This document shows, piece after piece, positions 9,406 to 21,052 of a DNA stretch of 32,000 bases. This stretch comes from Aliivibrio fischeri ES114 (GTDB lineage Bacteria; Pseudomonadota; Gammaproteobacteria; Enterobacterales; Vibrionaceae): NCBI RefSeq assembly GCF_000011805.1, contig NC_006840.2; one strand, written 5' to 3'. Numbering within the stretch: position 1 is the stretch's first letter; every line of letters begins with the position of its first letter. Position numbers and translations under genes: made by a program. The notes beneath the pieces are model-generated. The model saw only the letters and a list, made by a program, of their open reading frames with translations. It made no database searches and was not told the DNA's origin.

Positions 9406-10094
9406 CACCTTCTTCAAATCCATTGATCTTATTGGTCGATATATTTCGTTCACCAGCTGACTGTTTTGCTGCGCTATACGAGCGTGGCAAATGGGCCTGG
9501 CTGCCTTATATTCTATTAATCTTTGCTCCATTTATGTTTTGGGGAACCTATTTCGATTTAGTGAATTTCGAATGGGTAACCACTAACTTGACCGCTCAAA
9601 TTGAGAGTATTGGTGGCCAAGTTCAACCTGAATGGCTAACAAAAGAAATATTACTAGCAGGCGAAGTAATCAATGATGTAACAGGCCGAACCGCTTCGAT
9701 TCTATTGCTTGCTTTATGGTTTAAGCTAGCAACAAAACAAAGCCAATATCAGCACGGTTATTTTAAGTGGGTTGCGGCAAGTACTATTGTGATGTTTCCA
9801 GCTCTAATTGGTGATATCGCAAGCTATGCCAGTTTACTACTTAATCATGCGAACATAATGCCTTATGCTGCTGACTTGAATAGTTTAAATGGACTAATGA
9901 AATTACCAATGACAGATCATTGGTCAGCTTACGCTAGCTCTTTCCCACTATTAATGCCTTGGTATATTGCTTTAAGCTATGCGGCTCTTGGGGCGTGGAC
10001 TGATTTAGATCGTTCTAAATCACTTATTATTGCCATCCTTCCTTGGATAACTTGTTTTACATTATGGGGCTTTATTACTGCTTTTTCAGGCTAA
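9402..10094 (+). CDS. YIP1-family-like multi-pass membrane protein (230 aa)
   Basis: Several hydrophobic segments. ATGA start/stop overlap with mltD. The opening NPLILLVDIFRSPADCFAALYERGKWAWLPYILLI resembles YIP1-family proteins. Confidence 0.75.
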   Translation: MTPSSNPLILLVDIFRSPADCFAALYERGKWAWLPYILLIFAPFMFWGTYFDLVNFEWVTTNLTAQIESIGGQVQPEWLTKEILLAGEVINDVTGRTASILLLALWFKLATKQSQYQHGYFKWVAASTIVMFPALIGDIASYASLLLNHANIMPYAADLNSLNGLMKLPMTDHWSAYASSFPLLMPWYIALSYAALGAWTDLDRSKSLIIAILPWITCFTLWGFITAFSG

Positions 10095-10941
10095 ATATCG
10101 CTTGTAATGGATTATGATCAGAAGCGTGACTCTTTATCGAGCGCGCTTCTTTTATATCTAACCCTCGATAAAAAATATGATCTAACGCTAACCCTGTCAT
10201 AAAGCGCATTCGCTCATCTGGCGAAAAAATCACTTCTTTCATATCCAACTCTTCAACTTGCTTTCTTAATGTCGCTAAACGAGCTTCACTCCACGTATTA
10301 AAATCACCAGCAATGATCATAGGACCACTATGACGACTCACTTCTTTAGATAAAGACGCTATCTGTTGCTGATAGTCTTCCGTTCCAATAGTGAAGTTAA
10401 TTGCATGGATGTTAATCACCATTAATTCTTGTCCATTCGATAATGGGTATTCGGATAATAGTGCAGATTTAGGTAATCTTAACCATGGTTCAACAACAGT
10501 ATGAGCACACACTCTAAGTGCTTGTTCTTTAGCAAGGCTTAATACCCCTGCACTGGTATCAAACACATCAAAAGCACGAACTAATTCTGCCGAATACCGT
10601 TTATTAACAACAAATTCTTTCAACTCAGGGGTTAAACTCGCCTCTTGTAATAGCACTAAGTCAGTTTTATTCGACAATTCAATTAATGCTTTTTTCCACC
10701 CTTCATTTTGCTGCTTATATATGTTCCATACCAATACACTTAACTCTCCATTACGATCTAAAGGAGCTGAAGCTGGAAACGTCTCACAACCCGATTGATA
10801 ACTAGGCTGAGCAGATATTTGAGTTTGAGATAATTCAATAAACTCAGGAGATTTAGGCACCGTAAAGATTATGGCTTTTGCCACTAAAGCCGCGGTAATC
10901 ACAAAAGCGATACCAGATAGCACAATCGTTTTCTTTTTCAT
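10075..10941 (-). CDS. Endonuclease/exonuclease/phosphatase-family protein, YafD-like
   Basis: VLVWNIYKQQNEGW, DLVLLQEA, IIAGDFNTWSEARL, LDHIFYRG, SHASDHNPL. N-terminal hydrophobic signal/anchor. Confidence 0.86.
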   Translation of the reverse strand: MKKKTIVLSGIAFVITAALVAKAIIFTVPKSPEFIELSQTQISAQPSYQSGCETFPASAPLDRNGELSVLVWNIYKQQNEGWKKALIELSNKTDLVLLQEASLTPELKEFVVNKRYSAELVRAFDVFDTSAGVLSLAKEQALRVCAHTVVEPWLRLPKSALLSEYPLSNGQELMVINIHAINFTIGTEDYQQQIASLSKEVSRHSGPMIIAGDFNTWSEARLATLRKQVEELDMKEVIFSPDERMRFMTGLALDHIFYRGLDIKEARSIKSHASDHNPLQAIFSLKKQ

Positions 10942-10949
10942 AAACAGAA

Positions 10950-10971
10950 AAGGAGTGACTCATCACTCCTT
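10950..10971. repeat. Perfect 9-bp inverted repeat just upstream of the YafD-like start codon
   Basis: AAGGAGTGA-CTCA-TCACTCCTT. May be a weak terminator for glnB or a 5'-UTR hairpin. Confidence 0.7.
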
Positions 10972-11058
10972 CCTTCTATTAACACCAATACAATCACTGT
11001 ATTTCAGCTCAATAATGAACAACAATCATCACATTAGTATGAGTATAAATTGATACTA

Positions 11059-11406
<348 letters not shown>

Positions 11407-11461
11407 TTAACATCAATATTGAATATATAGCCATTATCGTTGAGTGACTACAAACATTCAA

Positions 11462-11494
11462 TAATAAAAAAGCACCGCATACCAGCAGTGCTTT
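11462..11494 (-). terminator. Rho-independent terminator downstream of the cytochrome c gene
   Basis: Minus strand AAAGCACTGC-TGGTAT-GCGGTGCTTTTTTATT; stem with one G-U pair and a T-tract. Confidence 0.85.
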
Positions 11495-11539
11495 AATTTA
11501 TGATTTTGTTTTAAAATAATACCGTTAATGAAATTACTA

Positions 11540-11851
11540 TTATTTCATCGTTGAGTAATACGCAGCTAAGTTTTCCATATCAGTATCACTTAGCATCATA
11601 GACATTGGTTGCATAATGGCTGAGTTACCACCACTTCGCTCTTTATTTTTGTATGCTTTTAATGACGATACGATATATTGAGCATTCTGACCTTTCAGAT
11701 TTGGATAACCCGGAATAACTGCAATTCCATCAGCTCCATGACATGATGCACAAATTGCCGATTTTGCTTTTCCTGCTGCAGCATCACCCGCTGCCAATGC
11801 CGGTGCTGAGGCCATTAATGCGATAACCGCTAATCCAATTATTTTTTTCAT
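11540..11851 (-). CDS. Small periplasmic c-type cytochrome (class I, 103 aa)
   Basis: Signal peptide MKKIIGLAVIALMASAPALA; haem motif CASCH; distal Met candidates near the C-terminus. Confidence 0.9.
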   Translation of the reverse strand: MKKIIGLAVIALMASAPALAAGDAAAGKAKSAICASCHGADGIAVIPGYPNLKGQNAQYIVSSLKAYKNKERSGGNSAIMQPMSMMLSDTDMENLAAYYSTMK

Positions 11852-11902
11852 TCCATTGCTCCTTATAATTTTAAGTTATTGTGCCAAGCTCGTTTTGAAT
11901 GT

Positions 11903-13231
11903 CTATTCTGATACAGGTTTATGCCAAAGTAGCTCACATTCTTGCCCTGAAAATGCTTTGCAAACAAACAATCCAGCAACAGCAGCTAATTCATCATTAT
12001 AAAACACCATTGGTAATCGTGAACGTTGCCAAGTAGGTACTTCATACTCTTGATACAGTTTTTTCATTTTACGGCTATGTTGACGTTTCTCGGGATGTGG
12101 CGCCAAACCAACAACATTAAAACGCACCTCTACTTTTTCATTAGGTAACGGTGCTCTTAATTGTAAAATACTGCTCTTCTCATGATTACTAAACTTAGCT
12201 CTCAGCTCTAGCTCACCAAGATTATCTGGTAGTGCAATTTTTCCTTCTAACGCCTTTTTCCACAAAGACAGATCTTGGTATTTAGGCACACAATAAATAT
12301 AACCTTGATAACGTCGTATTTGTACAATTCCCAACTCTAAACAAGGATTTGCATCTTGTTGAGCCATAGCAACCTCATTCCATAAAATATGAAGTTGAGT
12401 TTGACTAGGAAGTGGGATAGCAAACAATTTCAGCCATAGTCGCAATAACATATTACGAGATGCTAGTGATTCTGGTTCAATTTGTTTGATAGATAGACCT
12501 TGAAATTCATTTTGAAACAGTTGCAATTTAGGTTGCAATAATTCAACCAACAACGCTTCTTGCTCCGCACATAATTGAGCACTTCGAGAAACAGCAGAAG
12601 CAAAACTTGGCCAACGTTGAGATAACACGGGAGTTATCTCATGACGTAAGAAATTACGATCAAATCGAGTATCTTGATTACTTTCATCTTCAACCCAAGT
12701 TAACTGATGCTGTTGAGCATACTCTGTAATGTGCTGACGAGAGGTAAATAATAACGGTCGGCATTTATACCCAGTTTTAAGCGGGATAATTGAAGGCATA
12801 GAAGAGAGTCCAGCAGGACCACTGCCACGCTTAAGCGCTAAGAAAAACGTTTCTACTTGATCGTCTTGGTGTTGACCCGTAAGTAATAAACTATTCGATT
12901 GCATATACTTTTCTAACGCATGATAACGAGCTTTTCTTGCCACTTCCTCTAAGCTCTCTTGCGGACTTACTTTTAAATTTACTCGCTCGATATAAAGCGG
13001 AATATCTAATTCTTTACAATAAGAAGCGCAACTCACTTCCCAATCATTAGCATGCAGACTTAATCCATGATTAACATGAACAGCCATACATTCCAATTGC
13101 TTTTCCTTCGCGTACATTCCAGCTAAACGCAATAACACCATTGAATCAACGCCACCACTTAATGCGACAATAAGATGTGGTTTTTTAACGGAATAAGATG
13201 TTATTTGCTGAGAAAAATGAGAATAAAGCAT
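11903..13231 (-). CDS. tilS: tRNA(Ile)-lysidine synthase (track ORF extends to 13273)
   Basis: PP-loop motif SGGVDSMVLL, TGQHQDDQVETFFLALKRGSGPAGL. The upstream start at 13273 falls inside a terminator hairpin, so MLYSHFSQ is preferred. Confidence 0.93.
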   Translation of the reverse strand: MLYSHFSQQITSYSVKKPHLIVALSGGVDSMVLLRLAGMYAKEKQLECMAVHVNHGLSLHANDWEVSCASYCKELDIPLYIERVNLKVSPQESLEEVARKARYHALEKYMQSNSLLLTGQHQDDQVETFFLALKRGSGPAGLSSMPSIIPLKTGYKCRPLLFTSRQHITEYAQQHQLTWVEDESNQDTRFDRNFLRHEITPVLSQRWPSFASAVSRSAQLCAEQEALLVELLQPKLQLFQNEFQGLSIKQIEPESLASRNMLLRLWLKLFAIPLPSQTQLHILWNEVAMAQQDANPCLELGIVQIRRYQGYIYCVPKYQDLSLWKKALEGKIALPDNLGELELRAKFSNHEKSSILQLRAPLPNEKVEVRFNVVGLAPHPEKRQHSRKMKKLYQEYEVPTWQRSRLPMVFYNDELAAVAGLFVCKAFSGQECELLWHKPVSE

Positions 13232-13257
13232 ATCAATTAAACCTAAGGTTTCTTCCA

Positions 13258-13286
13258 ATAAAAAAGCGAGCACTCAGGCTCGCTTT
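13258..13286 (-). terminator. Rho-independent terminator between accA and tilS
   Basis: Minus strand AAAGCGAGC-CTGAGT-GCTCGCTTTTTTATT. Confidence 0.9.
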
Positions 13287-13343
13287 CACTTTACTCTATC
13301 TTATTGGATTACGCGACTACTGTGCGCGAATCAATAAATGCTA

Positions 13344-14303
13344 TCAGCAGTAACCATAGCTCATTAAGCGTTGGTAACGACGCTCAAGTAAAGCTTCATT
13401 ATCAAATGCATCAAGCTCTTTTAACTGCTCAAGCAAACGCTGTTTAATGTTCTCAGCTGTCGCTTTATGATCACGATGTGCGCCACCTAAAGGCTCATCA
13501 ATAATCGTATCAATCAGCTCAAGCTCTTTTAGGCGAGGTGCAACAAGACCCATAGCTTCTGCAGCTTGTGGCGCCTTATCTGAATCACGCCATAAGATTG
13601 AAGCACAACCTTCTGGAGAAATTACTGAATACGTTGAGTATTGAAGCATGTTTACGTAATCACCAACACCGATAGCTAATGCACCACCAGAACCACCTTC
13701 ACCAACAACGTTACAGATAACTGGAACACTTAGTTCAGACATGATTTTTAGGTTCATAGCGATAGCTTCTGATTGGCCGCGCTCTTCTGCACCAACACCA
13801 GGGTAAGCGCCTGCTGTATCAATAAATGTAATTACTGGCATATTAAAACGCTCAGCCATTTGCATTAAACGTTTCGCTTTACGGTAACCTTCAGGTTTTG
13901 GCATACCAAAATTACGTATTACTTTTTCTTTTGTACCACGACCTTTTTGATGACCAATAACCATTACAGGGCGACCATCTAAACGAGCAATACCGCCAAC
14001 TAATGCTTTATCATCAGCAAACGCACGATCGCCTGCTAATTCATCAAACTCAGTAAACATATGCTCAATGTAATCAAGAACGTAAGGACGCTCTGGGTGA
14101 CGAGCAAGTTGAGCAACTTCCCATGCACCTAAATCACTAAATGTTTTCTTTTTAAGCTCAAGGCATTTATCTTCTAATTGCTTTATCTCTTTTTCTAGAT
14201 CAAGCGCATTTTCACCGCCACGACGAGAGATCTCACGTAACGCTTCTACTTTCGCTTCTAGTTCAGCAATTGGTTTTTCAAATTCAAGAAAATTCAGGCT
14301 CAT
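13344..14303 (-). CDS. accA: Acetyl-CoA carboxylase carboxyltransferase alpha subunit
   Basis: [86 protein letters not shown]. Confidence 0.97.
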   Translation of the reverse strand: MSLNFLEFEKPIAELEAKVEALREISRRGGENALDLEKEIKQLEDKCLELKKKTFSDLGAWEVAQLARHPERPYVLDYIEHMFTEFDELAGDRAFADDKALVGGIARLDGRPVMVIGHQKGRGTKEKVIRNFGMPKPEGYRKAKRLMQMAERFNMPVITFIDTAGAYPGVGAEERGQSEAIAMNLKIMSELSVPVICNVVGEGGSGGALAIGVGDYVNMLQYSTYSVISPEGCASILWRDSDKAPQAAEAMGLVAPRLKELELIDTIIDEPLGGAHRDHKATAENIKQRLLEQLKELDAFDNEALLERRYQRLMSYGYC

Positions 14304-14354
14304 CAAAGAATCCTTGTTAGTTTAAGAACACTCAAATTAGTGTTCTTCAATAAT

Positions 14355-17300
14355 CTAGTTAAATTCAAGCTCGACTTGTTGTTCGCCAAGCAACGACTTT
14401 AAATCATCCATCAGTTGGTCGGTTGGCGTTACTCGCCATTCTGTCCCTAAGACCAACTTCACTCGAGCATCTGCTCGTTGATAATATACGTTGACCGGAA
14501 CTGTCCCTGCCCGGTTAGGCTCTAGTATTTGACTAAAGCGCTCAAAAAATTGGTTATTAATTTGAGATTCGGTTACCGATACGGATAACCCACGTGCGTA
14601 CTTTTCGCGCGCATCGCCCAATGACATCACTTCACGGGCAGACATTTTAAGCCCACCATTGAAATCATCAAAGCTGACCTGTCCAGAAACAAGGACTATT
14701 TTATCAGTTTCTAGTAAATCTGCGTATCGATCAAGCGCATCTGAGAACAACATCACTTCCATTCGGCCAGATCTGTCGTCTAACGTCATTAAACCAATAC
14801 GTGTCCCACGTTTAGTGGTCATTACTCTAGCAGCTATTACTAAGCCTGCAACTGTTACCGTTTGATCGCGTCGAGTTACGTGAGCATCGTTCAAACGCCA
14901 TGTCGTATATCGAGACAACTCTTTAATATACGCATTAACAGGGTGACCTGTTAAATAAAGCCCTAATGTTTCTCTTTCCCCTTCTAGCCACACTTTCTCT
15001 GGCCATTTAGGGACATGAATATACGCTTGTTCTACTTCTTCAGGTGCTTGAGTTAATACACCAAACATATCAGATTGACCAAAAGACTCCGCCTGATGGT
15101 GTTGACCCGCTGCTTTCATCGCATCATCCAATGATGCCATTAATGCAGCTCGGTGTGGTCCTAGTCTATCTAATGCTCCAGCACGGATCAGTTTTTCAAC
15201 TACTCGTTTATTGGTTTTCTTAGTATCGATACGAGCACAGAAATCAAATAAGTCTCTAAAGTGACCACCTTTGTTTCTTGCTTCAATAATATTTTCAATT
15301 GGGCCTTCACCAACCCCTTTAATCGCACCAATGCCGTAAACAATCGCGCCTTTCTCATCAACGTTAAAACGATACAAACCAGAGTTAACATCCGGTGGTA
15401 ACACGGTTAATTTCATACGGAAACACTCATCAACAAGACCAATGATCTTATCCGTGTTATCCATATCCGCCGTCATTACCGCAGCCATAAACTCTGCTGG
15501 ATAATGTGTTTTTAACCATAATGTTTGATAAGAAACTAAAGCATAAGCCGCTGAGTGAGATTTGTTAAAACCATAGCCTGCGAATTTTTCTACTAAGTCG
15601 AAGATTTTCATCGACAATTCGCCATCAACACCGTTTTTCTCAGCACCTTCTTTAAAAGTACCACGCTGCTTGGCCATTTCTTCTGGTTTTTTCTTACCCA
15701 TTGCACGACGAAGCATATCCGCGCCACCTAGCGTATAACCCGCTAAGATCTGTGCAATCTGCATAACTTGTTCTTGATACAAGATAATGCCGTAAGTAGG
15801 TTCTAACGTCTCTTTTAACGATTCGTGCTGCCATGTTGCATCAGGGTAAGATACTTCTTCTCGACCATGTTTACGGTCAATGAAGTTATCTACCATGCCT
15901 GATTGAAGCGGACCAGGACGGAAAAGAGCTACCAGTGCGATGATATCTTCAAAACAGTCCGGTTGAAGACGTTTAATCAGATCTTTCATACCTCGAGATT
16001 CCAACTGGAATACCGCGGTAGTTTCTGAATTTTGTAATAAATTAAATGATGCTTGATCTTCGAGAGAAATGGATTCAATTCGAACTGGCTCTTTACCCTC
16101 TCTTTCAAGTCGAGGGTTAATTAGCCCTAATGCCCAATCTATGATAGTTAGCGTTCTTAACCCTAAGAAGTCAAACTTAACTAGACCAGCAGTTTCAACG
16201 TCATTTTTATCAAATTGAGTTACAGGGAAATGGCCATCAGCATCACAATACAAAGGAGCAAAGTCTGTGATTGTAGTTGGTGATATTACAACACCACCGG
16301 CGTGCTTACCTGCGTTTCGAGTACAACCTTCAAGAATACGACACATGTCGATCAGAGCTTTTACTTCTTCATCTGCATTATACAGCTCTGGAAGTTGAGG
16401 CTCGGCTTCAAATGCTTTAGCTAGTGTCATTCCAGGATCAGATGGAACTAACTTCGAAATACGGTCAACAAAACCGTAAGGGTGCCCAAGCACTCGCCCT
16501 ACATCACGAATTACCGCTTTTGCCGCCATGGTACCAAAGGTAATAATTTGAGATACCGCATCACGGCCATACATTTCGGCTACGTGCTCAATAACCTGAT
16601 CTCGTTTATCCATACAAAAGTCGATATCGAAATCGGGCATAGATACACGTTCTGGGTTCAAGAAACGTTCAAAAAGAAGATCGTATTCAAGAGGATCAAG
16701 GTCTGTAATATCTAATGCATAAGCAACAAGAGAACCTGCACCTGAACCACGTCCTGGGCCTACAGGAATTGCATTATCTTTTGACCATTGAATGAACTCC
16801 ATTACGATCAAGAAATAACCAGGGAATCCCATTTGGTTGATTACATCGAGTTCAATCTGTAAACGGTCATCGTATTCAGGTCGACGTTCTAAGCGTACTT
16901 TCTCATCAGGAAATAAAAACGCCAAACGTCTTTCTAAGCCTTCTTGAGATTTCTTAACGAGAAAGTCTTCAATTTTCATCCCTTCAGTAGGGAAATTAGG
17001 TAGGAAATACTCACCTAAGCGTACGGTTACATTACAACGCTTTGCTATTTCAACACTGTTCTCTAGTGCCTCTGGAATATCTGAAAATAATTCACACATT
17101 TCCTCTTCAGAACGTAAGTATTGTTGATCACTGTATAATTTAGGTCGACGAGGGTCTTCTAATGTAAAGCCATCATGAATCGCAACACGAATCTCATGAG
17201 CATCAAAATCATCGGCCTTTATAAAACGAACATCATTGGTTGCAACAACAGGTAAGTTTTCTTTTTCAGCTAATTCAACCGCAAAATGAAGATAGCTTTC

Positions 17301-17834
17301 TTCATCTGCTCGACCTGTACGCGTTAATTCTAAATAATAATGTTCAGGAAAATGCATTTGATAAAATTCAACACACTCATTAACGAGTTCTTTATTTCCT
17401 TTTAATAACGCTTTACCAACATCACCACTTTTGCCACCAGAAAGCAGGATTAACCCTTCTTTATGGTTAACCAACCACTCTTTGTCCATTACCGGAGTGT
17501 GCTGAACATGACCTCGTTGATAGGCTTCAGAGATTAATAAAGTCAGGTTTTTATAACCTTCATTATTTTTTGCAAGTACCGTTAAATTAAAAAGCTCATT
17601 GCCAAACTCTTGGGATTGAACTTTAAAGTCAGCACCAATAATCGGTTTGACTCCTGCGCCATGAGCAGCAAAATAATACTTAACTAAACCACATAAATTG
17701 GTAAAGTCAGTCAATGCCATTGCAGGCATACCAAGTTCACCGACTTTTTTTACCAATGGTGGTACTTTAGATAAGCCATCCACCATTGAGAAGTCACTAT
17801 GAACTCTTAAATGTACGAATTTAGGTTCAGACAT
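14355..17834 (-). CDS. dnaE: DNA polymerase III alpha subunit (1159 aa)
   Basis: PHP domain [15 protein letters not shown]; catalytic motifs [29 protein letters not shown]; OB fold near the C-terminus. Confidence 0.98.
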   Translation of the reverse strand: MSEPKFVHLRVHSDFSMVDGLSKVPPLVKKVGELGMPAMALTDFTNLCGLVKYYFAAHGAGVKPIIGADFKVQSQEFGNELFNLTVLAKNNEGYKNLTLLISEAYQRGHVQHTPVMDKEWLVNHKEGLILLSGGKSGDVGKALLKGNKELVNECVEFYQMHFPEHYYLELTRTGRADEESYLHFAVELAEKENLPVVATNDVRFIKADDFDAHEIRVAIHDGFTLEDPRRPKLYSDQQYLRSEEEMCELFSDIPEALENSVEIAKRCNVTVRLGEYFLPNFPTEGMKIEDFLVKKSQEGLERRLAFLFPDEKVRLERRPEYDDRLQIELDVINQMGFPGYFLIVMEFIQWSKDNAIPVGPGRGSGAGSLVAYALDITDLDPLEYDLLFERFLNPERVSMPDFDIDFCMDKRDQVIEHVAEMYGRDAVSQIITFGTMAAKAVIRDVGRVLGHPYGFVDRISKLVPSDPGMTLAKAFEAEPQLPELYNADEEVKALIDMCRILEGCTRNAGKHAGGVVISPTTITDFAPLYCDADGHFPVTQFDKNDVETAGLVKFDFLGLRTLTIIDWALGLINPRLEREGKEPVRIESISLEDQASFNLLQNSETTAVFQLESRGMKDLIKRLQPDCFEDIIALVALFRPGPLQSGMVDNFIDRKHGREEVSYPDATWQHESLKETLEPTYGIILYQEQVMQIAQILAGYTLGGADMLRRAMGKKKPEEMAKQRGTFKEGAEKNGVDGELSMKIFDLVEKFAGYGFNKSHSAAYALVSYQTLWLKTHYPAEFMAAVMTADMDNTDKIIGLVDECFRMKLTVLPPDVNSGLYRFNVDEKGAIVYGIGAIKGVGEGPIENIIEARNKGGHFRDLFDFCARIDTKKTNKRVVEKLIRAGALDRLGPHRAALMASLDDAMKAAGQHHQAESFGQSDMFGVLTQAPEEVEQAYIHVPKWPEKVWLEGERETLGLYLTGHPVNAYIKELSRYTTWRLNDAHVTRRDQTVTVAGLVIAARVMTTKRGTRIGLMTLDDRSGRMEVMLFSDALDRYADLLETDKIVLVSGQVSFDDFNGGLKMSAREVMSLGDAREKYARGLSVSVTESQINNQFFERFSQILEPNRAGTVPVNVYYQRADARVKLVLGTEWRVTPTDQLMDDLKSLLGEQQVELEFN

Positions 17835-18457
17835 TATTCAATCCCTAAAACGCGTTTTACGGGTTTAAAACTTCGGCGATGCTCAGAAATAACACCGTGC
17901 TCTTCAATTGCTTCAAAGTGTGCTTTTGTCGGATAGCCTTTGTGCTTCGCAAAACCATATTGAGGATAAGCTTTATCTAACTCCTCCATCTCTCTATCAC
18001 GAGTAACCTTTGCAATAATGGACGCGGCGCTGATCTCTTGAACACGTAAGTCCCCTTTTACTACAGCAAGCCCTGCCATTGGTAATTCAGGCACTTTATT
18101 ACCATCAATTAATGCAAAATCAGGAGTAATATTAAGACCAGCAATCGCTCTTTGCATAGCAACCATAGTCGCTTGAAGAATATTTAATTCATCAATCTCA
18201 TGCGCTTCACAACGACCTAATGACCACGCTAATGCTTTTTCTTGAATTTCAGGAAATAGCAACTCACGCTTTTTATCCGTTAATTTCTTAGAATCGGTTA
18301 ACCCTTCAATTGGGTTATTAGGATCCAAAATAACCGCAGCGGTCACAACGGCTCCGACTAAAGGGCCACGACCAACTTCATCAACTCCAGCGAAAAGTTG
18401 ATATCCTTCTGGATACTCAAATGGCGGTAATTCTTTTGATTCTGCTTTTTTTGTCAT
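17834..18457 (-). CDS. rnhB: Ribonuclease HII
   Basis: [36 protein letters not shown]. Stop codon overlaps the dnaE start by 1 nt (TAATG). Confidence 0.97.
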   Translation of the reverse strand: MTKKAESKELPPFEYPEGYQLFAGVDEVGRGPLVGAVVTAAVILDPNNPIEGLTDSKKLTDKKRELLFPEIQEKALAWSLGRCEAHEIDELNILQATMVAMQRAIAGLNITPDFALIDGNKVPELPMAGLAVVKGDLRVQEISAASIIAKVTRDREMEELDKAYPQYGFAKHKGYPTKAHFEAIEEHGVISEHRRSFKPVKRVLGIE

Positions 18458-18461
18458 CTGG

Positions 18462-19613
18462 TTATTCTGCTGTTTCTTTATTAATTAGGCGTAATACGGC
18501 ATTGGCGGCTTGTTTATCTGCATCTTTTCTAATCCATTGATGCATTTCTGTGAATTTTTCAATTAATTCACGATTATCATTATTTAATACTTTTTCCATT
18601 GCGGGATAAAGAAAATCTGGATGACACTCTTCTTGAATAAACTCTTGAACTAGCTCTTTTCCTGCCAATACATTAGGAAGCGAGACAAATTCAGTAATCG
18701 ACAGTTTTTGAGCTATCCATCCCGTAAGTTTATTCACTTGATAACCTACGACCATTGGACGCTTAACAAGCATACATTCTAAAGCAACCGTACCTGAAGC
18801 AAGTAACACGGCATCAGCTGCTGTCATCACATTTCGAGCTGTATCTTGAATAATAACAAAATCAAGCTCTGGTGCCGTTGCTTTCCAAATGGTTTCAAAT
18901 TGCTCACGGCGTTTTTCATTTACCGCTGCAACAACAAAGCCCATGTTGGGATGCTGCTTATGGATGCGCTGACAAGTTTCAATAAAGGGTTTGGCTATTA
19001 ATGCTACTTCACCACCACGACTTCCTGGCAATACAGCAAGCCATTCACGCTCTTGCTCTAAACCTAATAAATCACGAGCGGCAATTTTATCCGTTTCCAT
19101 TGGAATAGCATCAGCTAATGTATGACCAATAAACTCACAAGCGACATTGTATTTATCATAAAATGCTTTTTCAAAAGGCAGAAAGGCTAATACAAGATCC
19201 GTAGCAGCATCGATTTTAAAAATACGCTTTGGTCGCCATGCCCATACTGATGGACTAACGTAATGAACCGTTTTAATACCGTTATCTTTTAGTGTTTTTT
19301 CAAGACGAAGGTTAAAATCAGGAGCATCAATACCAATGAATACATCTGGTGGATTTTGAGTGAAGTAACGTACTAATTCCGCCTTTACCTTCAATAAACG
19401 AGGTAAGCGACCAAGTACTTCAACCAATCCCATTACGGCTAACTCTTCCATATCAAATAAAGAATCACAGCCCTGAGCTATCATCTTAGGTCCACCGATC
19501 CCAACGAACTCTGCATCTGGATATTGTGCTTTGATTGACTTAATAAAGCCTTCACCTAGAGTATCTCCAGATAATTCACCTGCAACAATTCCGATTCGTA
19601 ATGGTTTGGTCAT
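18462..19613 (-). CDS. lpxB: Lipid-A-disaccharide synthase
   Basis: [69 protein letters not shown]. Confidence 0.97.
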   Translation of the reverse strand: MTKPLRIGIVAGELSGDTLGEGFIKSIKAQYPDAEFVGIGGPKMIAQGCDSLFDMEELAVMGLVEVLGRLPRLLKVKAELVRYFTQNPPDVFIGIDAPDFNLRLEKTLKDNGIKTVHYVSPSVWAWRPKRIFKIDAATDLVLAFLPFEKAFYDKYNVACEFIGHTLADAIPMETDKIAARDLLGLEQEREWLAVLPGSRGGEVALIAKPFIETCQRIHKQHPNMGFVVAAVNEKRREQFETIWKATAPELDFVIIQDTARNVMTAADAVLLASGTVALECMLVKRPMVVGYQVNKLTGWIAQKLSITEFVSLPNVLAGKELVQEFIQEECHPDFLYPAMEKVLNNDNRELIEKFTEMHQWIRKDADKQAANAVLRLINKETAE

Positions 19614-19624
19614 ACTTACTCCAA

Positions 19625-19652
19625 ATAAAAAAGGCCTACATGAATAGGCCTT
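19625..19652 (-). terminator. Terminator-like hairpin between lpxA and lpxB
   Basis: Minus strand AAGGCCTA-TTCATG-TAGGCCTTTTTTATTTGG. Confidence 0.88.
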
Positions 19653-19681
19653 ATATACTTTAACTGTTTTTAATGCCGTTA

Positions 19682-20470
19682 TTAACGAATAATACCGCGC
19701 GTTGATTTCTCAAACAAATCTAAGAAGCCTTGAAGAACAGGAAACGCTTCAATTTCTTTGTTTATTTCAACTTTTGCTTCTTCTAACGTATTACCGTTAC
19801 GGTAAAGTGCTTTATAAGCGCGACGAATTGCATGAATTTCAGCTTTTTCAAAACCACGACGTTTTAAGCCTTCGATATTAATACCAAACGGTTTACAGTG
19901 GTTACCTTGTGCCATCACAAATGGAGGTACATCTTGAACAACAACGGAAGCACCACCGATAAAGCTATGAGCACCTACCGTACAGAACTGATGAACAGGT
20001 GACAATGCAGAAACAATAGCAAAGTCTTCAACCGTTACATGACCCGCTAGTGTCGCGTTATTCCCCATAATGATGTTGTCACCAACAACACAGTCATGAG
20101 CAATATGTACATTAACACAAAGTAAGTTATCGCTACCGACTGTAGTTACCCCGCGGTCTTGAACAGTACCACGGTGAATTTGAACACTTTCACGAATCAC
20201 ATTACGGTCACCGATAACAACTGTTGTTGCTTCACCACCATATTTCTTGTCTTGGCTTTCCTCACCGATAATTGCAAAAGCGAAAATACGGTTATCTTTA
20301 CCAATCGTTGTATCACCTTTGATGACAACATGTGACATCACTTCCGTACCTTCGCCAATCGTTACATTACCAGAAATGTAAGTAAATGGACCAACAGATA
20401 CATTAGCTTCAATCGTTACGTTACCTTCAATAACAGCTGATGGGTGAATCTTAGCAGTTTCATGAATCAT
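19682..20470 (-). CDS. lpxA: UDP-N-acetylglucosamine acyltransferase
   Basis: [29 protein letters not shown] plus hexapeptide repeats. Canonical start is 24 nt inside the track ORF. Confidence 0.97.
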   Translation of the reverse strand: MIHETAKIHPSAVIEGNVTIEANVSVGPFTYISGNVTIGEGTEVMSHVVIKGDTTIGKDNRIFAFAIIGEESQDKKYGGEATTVVIGDRNVIRESVQIHRGTVQDRGVTTVGSDNLLCVNVHIAHDCVVGDNIIMGNNATLAGHVTVEDFAIVSALSPVHQFCTVGAHSFIGGASVVVQDVPPFVMAQGNHCKPFGINIEGLKRRGFEKAEIHAIRRAYKALYRNGNTLEEAKVEINKEIEAFPVLQGFLDLFEKSTRGIIR

Positions 20471-20472
20471 AA

Positions 20473-20925
20473 TTAAAACTCTCGTCTTGCACACTTAAGC
20501 TCAGCAGAACATACAACTTCGCCATCTACTTTTGCTACACCGTTAAATAGTGCGATACCACGACGATCTTTAATAAATTCAACTTCAAGAACCAGTTGAT
20601 CACCAGGTACTACTGGTTTACGGAATTTTGCTTTATCGATACTTGCAAAGTAGTACAGTTCATTCTCAGCAGGAGCTCCGAATGATTTAAAAGCCAATAA
20701 ACCTGTTGCTTGAGCCATTGCTTCAAGAATTAATACACCAGGGAAAATAGGCATTTGTGGGAAGTGACCTGTAAATTGAGGTTCATTTACAGACACATTC
20801 TTGATCGCGTGTAAGTATTTCTCTTCTTCGAAATCAGTTACTCGGTCAACCAATAGAAATGGGTAACGATGAGGTAGCAATTCTTGGATTTCAGTAATAT
20901 TTAATGTTTTATTTTCACGAGTCAA
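20473..20925 (-). CDS. fabZ: (3R)-hydroxyacyl-ACP dehydratase, probable TTG start
   Basis: [44 protein letters not shown] lies 7 nt before the TTG in ACAGGAATACTATTTTG. Confidence 0.95.
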
Positions 20926-20992
20926 AATAGTATTCCTGTAAAACAATATCGTATCTGAGCAATAGTGTAGCTCAAATAGAGTAATAATAGAT

Positions 20993-21018
20993 AGAAAAAG
21001 GTCTGCAAAATGCAGACC
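20993..21018 (-). terminator. Terminator-like hairpin between lpxD and fabZ
   Basis: Minus strand GGTCTGCA-TTT-TGCAGACC-TTTTTCTATC. Confidence 0.88.
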
Positions 21019-21052
21019 AATACTTATTTATTAGAATGTAGTGAAGTTAATA

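Noticed and set aside
10871-11053. 60-aa plus-strand ORF opposite the YafD-like start and spacer
   Set aside because: Overlaps a better CDS and the hairpin at 10950-10971, with no protein-like pattern.
13229-13273. N-terminal extension of TilS (MLAFLLEETLGLID...)
   Set aside because: Its start codon lies in the accA/tilS terminator hairpin; translation from 13231 is more plausible.
14659-16715. Three small ORFs within dnaE (14659, 15200, 16482)
   Set aside because: Antisense or off-frame to the intact dnaE reading frame, with no independent evidence.
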